Shown one piece after another: positions 55,801 to 64,000 of a stretch of DNA of 64,000 bases. The notes beneath the pieces are model-generated. The model made no database searches. It saw only the letters and a program-made list of their open reading frames with translations, and was not told where the DNA came from. A program made the position numbers and the translations under genes. The stretch is from Utricularia gibba (taxonomy: Eukaryota; Plantae; Magnoliophyta). Each line of letters opens with the position of its first letter. Within the stretch, counting starts at the first letter, position 1. The stretch spans positions 10,717-74,716 of the forward strand of contig NEEC01000034.1 of assembly GCA_002189035.1 (NCBI GenBank). The letters run 5' to 3'.

Positions 55801-58800
55801 CGATCAAGATGGAAAAAAGTCACATGTTACATCATGAATTTCGTGGCATCACTTATCCCAACACTGTTGTATACTCAGGATATGCGTAAATATTTATTTT
55901 TAACAAATCCGGTGCACGTGTGATTTTTCGGCTGCATCCCGAATGGTGATGCGCAATGAAATGACTATGTCGCACATCCTGGTCCACGAAGCACCTCTTC
56001 GAAAACATGTAGAGCCTTACTCTTCATAGCACACCATTGGGAAGCTTTATTCGTGCTCCAAGTAATATCATATGGAGTTACGTTTTTCCGATAACTGTGG
56101 ACATATTAAAAACAACCTCAACGAAAAGTGTCTTCCGTGTCCTTCCTTGGTGGCTGCGTTTAATAATGTGCTTCTCGTTCTCGACATTGATGCAAATGGG
56201 ATACACGGCAAAAGAATCAAATAGCCACTAGAGACATGGTGTATGGAATGGTGCATCAAGAATCAGAAGTATCATAGCAACTAATTGAATCAATCAACAG
56301 CCAAAACATATGGTGTCAAACTTCATCGGATATGCGATCAAGATGGAAAAAAGTCACATGTTACATCATGAATTTCGTGGCCTGGTCCACAAAGCTGTTG
56401 TATACATCAGAGCCTGCTTAAATATTTATTTTTAACAAATCCGGTGCACGTGTGATTTTTCGGCTGCATCCCGAATGGTGATGCGCAATGAAATGACTAT
56501 GTCGCACATCCTGGTCCACGAAGCACCTCTTCGAAAACATGTAGAGCCTTACTCTTCATAGCACACCATTGGGAAGCTTTATTCGTGCTCCAAGTAATAT
56601 CATATGGAGTTACGTTTTTCCGATAACTGTGGACATATTAAAAACAACCTCAACGAAAAGTGTCTTCGTGTCCTTCCTTGGTGGCTGCGTTAAGAATGTG
56701 CTTCTCGTTCTCGACATTGATGCAAATGGGATACACGGCAAAAGAATCAAATAGCCACTAGAGACATGGTGTATGGGAATGGTGCATCAAGAATCAGAAG
56801 TATCATAGCAACTAATTGAATCAATCAACAGCCAAAACATATGGTGTCAAACTTCATCGGATATGCGATCAAGATGGAAAAAGTCACATGTTACATCATG
56901 AATTTCGTGGCATCACTTATCCCAACACTGTTGTATACTCAGGATATGCGTAAATATTTATTTTTAACAAATCCGGTGCACGTGTGATTTTTCGGCTGCA
57001 TCCCGAATGGTGATGCGCATGAAATGACTATGACACTGGTATATCAGGATATGAAAATATGCATCAAGAACAAATCCGGTATGCATAGTGCAATTTTTCG
57101 GCTGCATCCCGAATGGTGATGCGCAATGAAATGACTATGTCGCACATCCTGGTCCACGAAGCACCTCTTCGAAAACATGTAGAGCCTTACTCTTCATAGC
57201 ACACCATTGGGAAGCTTTATTCGTGCTCCAAGTAATATCATATGGAGTTACGTTTTTCCGATAACTGTGGACATATTAAAAACAACCTCAACGAAAAGTG
57301 TCTTCCGTGTCCTTCCTTGGTGGCTGCGTTAAGAATGTGCTTCTCGTTCTCGAATTGATGCAAATGGGATACACGGCAAAAGAATCAAATAGCCACTAGA
57401 GACATGGTGTATGGGAATGGTGCATCAAGAATCAGAAGTATCATAGCAACTAATTGAATCAATCAACAGCCAAACATATGGTGTCAAACTTCATCGGATA
57501 TGCGATCAAGATGGAAAAAAGTCACATGTTACATCATGAATTTCGTGGCATCACTTATCCCAACACTGTTGTATACTCAGGATATGCGTAAATATTTATT
57601 TTTAACAAATCCGGTGCACGTGTGATTTTTCGGCTGCATCCCGAATGGTGATGCGCAATGAAATGACTATGTCGCACATCCTGGTCCACGAAGCACCTCT
57701 TCGAAAACATGTAGAGCCTTACTCTTCATAGCACACCATTGGGAAGCTTTATTCGTGCTCCAAGTAATATCATATGGAGTTACGTTTTTCCGATAACTGT
57801 GGACATATTAAAAACAACCTCAACGAAAAGTGTCTTCCGTGTCCTTCCTTGGTGGCTGCGTCTAAGAATGTGCTTCTCGTTCTCGACATTGATGCAAATG
57901 GGATACACGGCAAAAGAATCAAATAGCCACTAGAGACATGGTGTATGGGAATGGTGCATCAAGAATCAGAAGTATCATAGCAACTAATTGAATCAATCAA
58001 CAGCCAAAACATATGGTGTCAAACTTCATCGGATATGCGATCAAGATGGAAAAAAGTCACATGTTACATCATGAATTTCGTGGCATCACTTATCCCAACA
58101 CTGTTGTATACTCAGGATATGCGTAAATATTTATTTTTAACAAATCCGGTGCACGTGTGATTTTTCGGCTGCATCCCGAATGGTGATGCGCAATGAAATG
58201 ACTATGTCGCACATCCTGGTCCACGAAGCACCTCTTCGAAAACATGTAGAGCCTTACTCTTCATAGCACACCATTGGGAAGCTTTATTCGTGCTCCAAGT
58301 AATATCATATGGAGTTACGTTTTCCGATAACTGTGGACATATTAAAAAACCTCAACGAAAAGTGTCTTCCGTGTCCTTCCTTGGTGGCTGCGTAAGAATG
58401 TGCTTCTCGTTCTCGACATTGATGCAAATGGGATACACGGCAAAAGAATCAAATAGCCACTAGAGACATGGTGTATGGGAATGGTGCATCAAGAATCAGA
58501 AGTATCATAGCAACTAATTGAATCAATCAACAGCCAAAACATATGGTGTCAAACTTCATCGGATATGCGATCAAGATGGAAAAAAGTCACATGTTACATC
58601 ATGAATTTCGTGGCATCACTTATCCCAACACTGTTGTATACTCAGGATATGCGTAAATATTTATTTTTAACAAATCCGGTGCACGTGTGATTTTTCGGCT
58701 GCATCCCGAATGGTGATGCGCAATGAAATGACTATGTCGCACATCCTGGTCCACGAAGCACCTCTTCGAAACATGTAGAGCCTTACTCTTCATAGCACAC

Positions 58801-61800
58801 CATTGGGAAGAGCCTCCAAGTAATATCATCGTTTTCCGATAACTGTGGACATATTAAAAACAACCTCAACGAAAAGTGTCTTCCGTGTCCTTCCTTGGTG
58901 GCTGCGTTAAGAATGTGCTTCTCGTTCTCGACATTGATGCAAATGGATACACGGCAAAAGAATCAAATAGCCACTAGAGACATGGTGTATGGGAATGGTG
59001 CATCAAGAATCAGAAGTATCATAGCAACTAATTGAATCAATCAACAGCCAAAACATATGGTGTCAAACTTCATCGGATATGCGATCAAGATGGAAAAAAG
59101 TCATGTTACATCATGAATTTCGTGGCATCACTTATCCCAACACTGTTGTATACTCAGGATATGCGTAAATATTTATTTTTAATCCGGTGCACGTGTGATT
59201 TTTCGGCTGCATCCCGAATGGTGCGCAATGAAATGACTATGTCGCACATCCTGGTCCACGAAGCACCTCTTCGAAACATGTAGAGCCTTACTCTTCATAG
59301 CACACCATTGGGAAGCTTATTCGTGCTCAAGTAATATATATGGAGTTACGTTTTTCCGATAACTGTGGACATATTAAAACAACCTCAACGAAAAGTGTCT
59401 TCCGTGTCCTTCCTTGGTGGCTGCGTTAATATGTGCTTCTCGTCGTGATTCACGGCAAAAGAATCAAATAGCCACTATGGTGTATGGGAATGGTGCATCA
59501 AGAATCAGAAGTATCATAGCAACTAATTGGCCAAAACATATGGTGTCAAACTTCATCGGATATGCGATCAAGATGGAAAAAAGTCACATGTTACATCATG
59601 AATTTCGTGGCATCACTTATCCCAACACTGTTGTATACTCAGGATATGCGTAAATATTTATTTTTAACAAATCCGGTGCACGTGTGATTTTTCGGCTGCA
59701 TCCCGAATGGTGATGCGCAATGAAATGACTATGTCGCACATTGGTCCACGAAGCACCTTTCGAAAACATGTAGAGCCTTACTCTTCATAGCACACCATTG
59801 GGAAGCTTTATTCGTGCTCCAAGTAATATCATATGGAGTTACGTTTTTCCGATAACTGTGGACATATTAAAAACAACCTCAACGAAAAGTGTCTTCGTGT
59901 CCTTCCTTGTGTCCTTCCTTGGTGGCTGCGTTAAGAATGTGCTTCTCGTTCTCGACATTGATGCAAATGGGATACACGGCAAAAGAATCAAATAGCCACT
60001 AGAGACATGGTGTATGGTCCAATGGTGCATCAAGAATCAGAAGTATCATAGCAACTAATTGAATCAATCAACAGCCAAAACATATGGTGTCAAACTTCAT
60101 CGGATATGCGATCAAGATGGAAAAAAGTCACATGTTACATCATGAATTTCGTGGCATCACTTATCCCAACACTGTTGTATACTCAGGATATGCGTAAATA
60201 TTTATTTTTAACAAATCCGGTGCACGTGTGATTTTTCGGCTGCATCCCGAATGGTGATGCGCAATGAAATGACTATGTCGCACATCCTGGTCCACGAAGC
60301 ACCTCTTCGAAAACATGTAGAGCCTTACTCTTCATAGCACACCATTGGGAAGCTTTATTCGTGCTCCAAGTAATATCATATGGAGTTACGTTTTTCCGAT
60401 AACTGTGGACATATTAAAAACAACCTCAACGAAAAGTGTCTTCCGTGTCCTTCCTTGGTGGCTGCGTCTAAGAATGTGCTTCTCGTTCTCGAATTGATGC
60501 AAATGGGATACGGCAAAAGAATCAAATAGCCACTAGAGACATGGTGTATGGGAATGGCATCAAGAAAGAAGTATCATAGCAACTAATTGAATCAATCAAC
60601 AGCCAAAACATATGGTGTCAAACTTCATCGGATATGCGATCAAGATGGAAAAAAGTCACATGTTACATCATGAATTTCGTGGCATCACTTATCCAACACT
60701 GTTGTATACTCAGGATATGCGTAAATATTATTTTTTAACAAATCCGGTGCACGTGTGATTTTTCGGCTGCATCCCGAATGGTGATGCGCAATGAAATGAC
60801 TATGTCGCACATCCTGGTCCACGAAGCACCTCTTCGAAACATGTAGAGCCTTACTCTTCATAGCACACCATTGGGAAGCTTTATTCGTGCTCCAAGTAAT
60901 ATCATATGGAGTTACGTTTTTCCGATAACTGTGGACATATTAAAAAACAACCTCAACGAAAAGTGTCTTCCGTGTCCTTCCTTGGTGGCTGCGTTTAATA
61001 ATGTGCTTCTCGTTCTCGACATTGATGCAAATGGGATACACGGCAAAAGAATCAAATAGCCACTAGAGACATGGTGTATGGAATGGTGCATCAAGAATCA
61101 GAAGTATCATAGCAACTAATTGAATCAATCAACAGCCAAACATATGGTGTCAAACTTCATCGGATATGCGATCAAGATGGAAAAAAGTCACATGTTACAT
61201 CATGAATTTCGTGGCATCACTTATCCAACACTGTTGTATACTCAGGATATGCGTAAATATTTATTTTTAACAAATCCGGTGCACGTGTGATTTTTCGGCT
61301 GCATCCCGAATGGTGATGCGCAATGAAATGACTATGTCGCACATCCTGGTCCACGAAGCACCTCTTCGAAAACATGTAGAGCTTACTCTTCATAGCACAC
61401 CATTGGGAAGCTTTATTCGTGCTCCAAGTAATATCATATGGAGTTACGTTTTTCCGATAACTGTGGACATATTAAAAACAACCTCAACGAAAAGTGTCTT
61501 CCGTGTCCTTCCTTGGTGGCTGCGTCTAATAATGTGCTTCTCGTTCTCGACATTGATGCAAATGGGATACACGGCAAAAGAATCAAATAGCCACTAGAGA
61601 CATGGTGTATGGGAATGGTGCATCAAGAATCAGAAGTATCATAGCAACTAATTGAATCAATCAACAGCCAAAACATATGGTGTCAAACTTCATCGGATAT
61701 GCGATCAAGATGGAAAAAAGTCACATGTTACATCATGAATTTCGTGGCATCACTTATCCCAACACTGTTGTATACTCAGGATATGCGTAAATATTTATTT

Positions 61801-63159
61801 TTAACAAATCCGGTGCACGTGTGATTTTTCGGCTGCATCCCGAATGGTGATGCGCAATGAAATGACTATGTCGCACATCCTGGTCCACGAAGCACCTCTT
61901 CGAAAACATGTAGAGCCTTACTCTTCATAGCACACCATTGGGAAGCTTTATTCGTGCTCCAAGTAATATCATATGGAGTTACGTTTTTCCGATAACTGTG
62001 GACATATTAAAAACAACCTCAACGAAAAGTGTCTTCGTGTCCTTCCTTGGTGGCTGCGTTAATAATGTGCTTCTCGTTCTCGACATTGATGCAAATGGGA
62101 TACACGGCAAAAGAATCAAATAGCCACTAGAGACATGGTGTATGGAATGGTGCATCAAGAATCAGAAGTATCATAGCAACTAATTGAATCAATCAACAGC
62201 CAAAACATATGGTGTCAAACTTCATCGATATGCGATCAAGATGGAAAAAAGTCACATGTTACATCATGAATTTCGTGGCATCACTTATCCCAACACTGTT
62301 GTATACTCAGGATATGCGTAAATATTTATTTTTAACAAATCCGGTGCACGTGTGATTTTTCGGCTGCATCCCGAATGGTGATGCGCAATGAAATGACTAT
62401 GTCGCACATCCTGGTCCACGAAGCACCTCTTCGAAACATGTAGAGCCTTACTCTTCATAGCACACCATTGGGAAGCTTTATTCGTGCTCCAAGTAATATC
62501 ATATGGAGTTTACGTTTTTCGATAACTGTGGACATATTAAAAACAACCTCAACGAAAAGTGTCTTCGTGTCCTTCCTTGGTGGCTGCGTTAATAATGTGC
62601 TTCTCGTTCTCGACATTGATGCAAATGGGATACACGGCAAAAGAATCAAATAGCCACTAGAGACATGGTGTATGGGAATGGTGCATCAAGAATCAGAAGT
62701 ATCATAGCAACTAATTGAATCAATCAACAGCCAAAACATATGGTGTCAAACTTCATCGGATATGCGATCAAGATGGAAAAAAGTCACATGTTACATCATG
62801 AATTTCGTGGCATCACTTATCCCAACACTGTTGTATACTCAGGATATGCGTAAATATTTATTTTTAACAAATCCGGTGCACGTGTGATTTTTCGGCTGCA
62901 TCCCGAATGGTGATGCGCAATGAAATGACTATGTCGCACATCCTGGTCCACGAAGCACCTCTTCGAAAACATGTAGAGCCTTACTCTTCATAGCACACCA
63001 TTGGGAAGCTTTATTCGTGCTCAAGTAATATCATATGGAGTTACGTTTTTCCGATAACTGTGGACATATTAAAAACAACCTCAACGAAAAGTGTCTTCCG
63101 TGTCCTTCCTTGGTGGCTGCGTTAATAATGTGCTTCTCGTTCTCGACATTGATGCAAAT

Positions 63160-63600
63160 GGATACACGGCAAAAGAATCAAATAGCCACTAGAGACATGG
63201 TGTATGGGAATGGTGCATCAAGAATCAGAAGTATCATAGCAACTAATTGAATCAATCAACAGCCAAAACATATGGTGTCAAACTTCATCGGATATGCGAT
63301 CAAGATGGAAAAAGTCACATGTTACATCATGAATTTCGTGGCATCACTTATCAACACTGTTGTATACTCAGGATATGCGGCAAAAGAATCAAATAGCACT
63401 AGAGACATGGTGTATGGGAATGTGCATCAAGAATCAGAAGTATCATAGCAACTAATTGAATCAATCAACAGCCAAAACATATGGTGTCAAACTTCATCGG
63501 ATATGCGATCAAGATGGAAAAAAGTCACATGTTACATCATGAATTTCGTGGCATCACTTATCCCAACACTGTTGTATACTCAGGATATGCGTAAATATTT
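63160..63600 (+). other. Copy with local duplication of about 214 bp (unit 279-492)
   Basis: GGATATGCG|GCAAAAGAATC at 63379/63380 jumps from unit 492 back to unit 279. Confidence 0.85.
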
Positions 63601-64000
63601 ATTTTTAACAATCCGGTGCACGTGTGATTTTTCGGCTGCATCCCGAATGGTGATGCGCAATGAAATGACTATGTCGCACATCCTGGTCCACGAAGCACCT
63701 CTTCGAAAACATGTAGAGCCTTACTCTTCATAGCACACCATTGGGAAGCTTTATTCGTGCTCCAAGTAATATCATATGGAGTTACGTTTTTCCGATAACT
63801 GTGGACATATTAAAAACAACCTCAACGAAAAGTGTCTTACGTGTCTTCCTTGGTGGCTGCGTCTAAGAATGTGCTTCTCGTTCTCGACATTGATGCAAAT
63901 GGGATACACGGCAAAAAATCAAATAGCCACTAGAGACATGGTGTATGGAATGGTGCATCAAGATCAGAAGTATCATAGCAACTAATTGAATCAATCAACA

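Larger units (their letters stand above)
1..64000. repeat. Tandem array of a 535-bp unit, about 119-120 head-to-tail copies, single orientation; runs off both window ends
   Basis: GGCTGCATCCCGAATGG... recurs at 1, 536, 1071, 1605, 2139 and onward. The identical 64-aa ORF in the track recurs every 534-535 bp throughout. I found no inverted copy and no unrelated sequence. Confidence 0.99.

Noticed and set aside
1-64000. CRISPR array
   Set aside because: There is no short repeat with unique spacers; the whole 535 bp repeats and no cas genes are present.

Overview
The whole 64-kb window is one head-to-tail tandem array of a 535-bp unit (about 119-120 copies, all in one orientation, about 41% GC by hand count). 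There is no unique flanking DNA, recognisable gene, RNA gene, transposon or CRISPR array. Intact copies are essentially identical. Differences are homopolymer/1-bp indels, short garbled bursts built from pieces of the same unit, and a few local deletions or duplications, and errors rise after about 53-55 kb. This looks like a single raw long-read (nanopore-like) molecule or an unpolished contig end. The repeated 64-aa ORF in the track is a by-product of the repeat, and all six frames contain stops. The main question is what the monomer is: (a) a rolling-circle concatemer (native or phi29-made) of a 535-nt non-coding circle, (b) a very young, homogeneous satellite, or (c) a concatemeric cDNA. 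Hand inspection found features compatible with a small circular replicon: a hairpin carrying a near-geminiviral/CRESS nonamer (TGATATTAC, minus strand), a long imperfect hairpin at unit 239-344, helices along one axis suggesting a rod-like fold, and short iterated motifs. None of these is proven without folding statistics, database searches and raw-read data.
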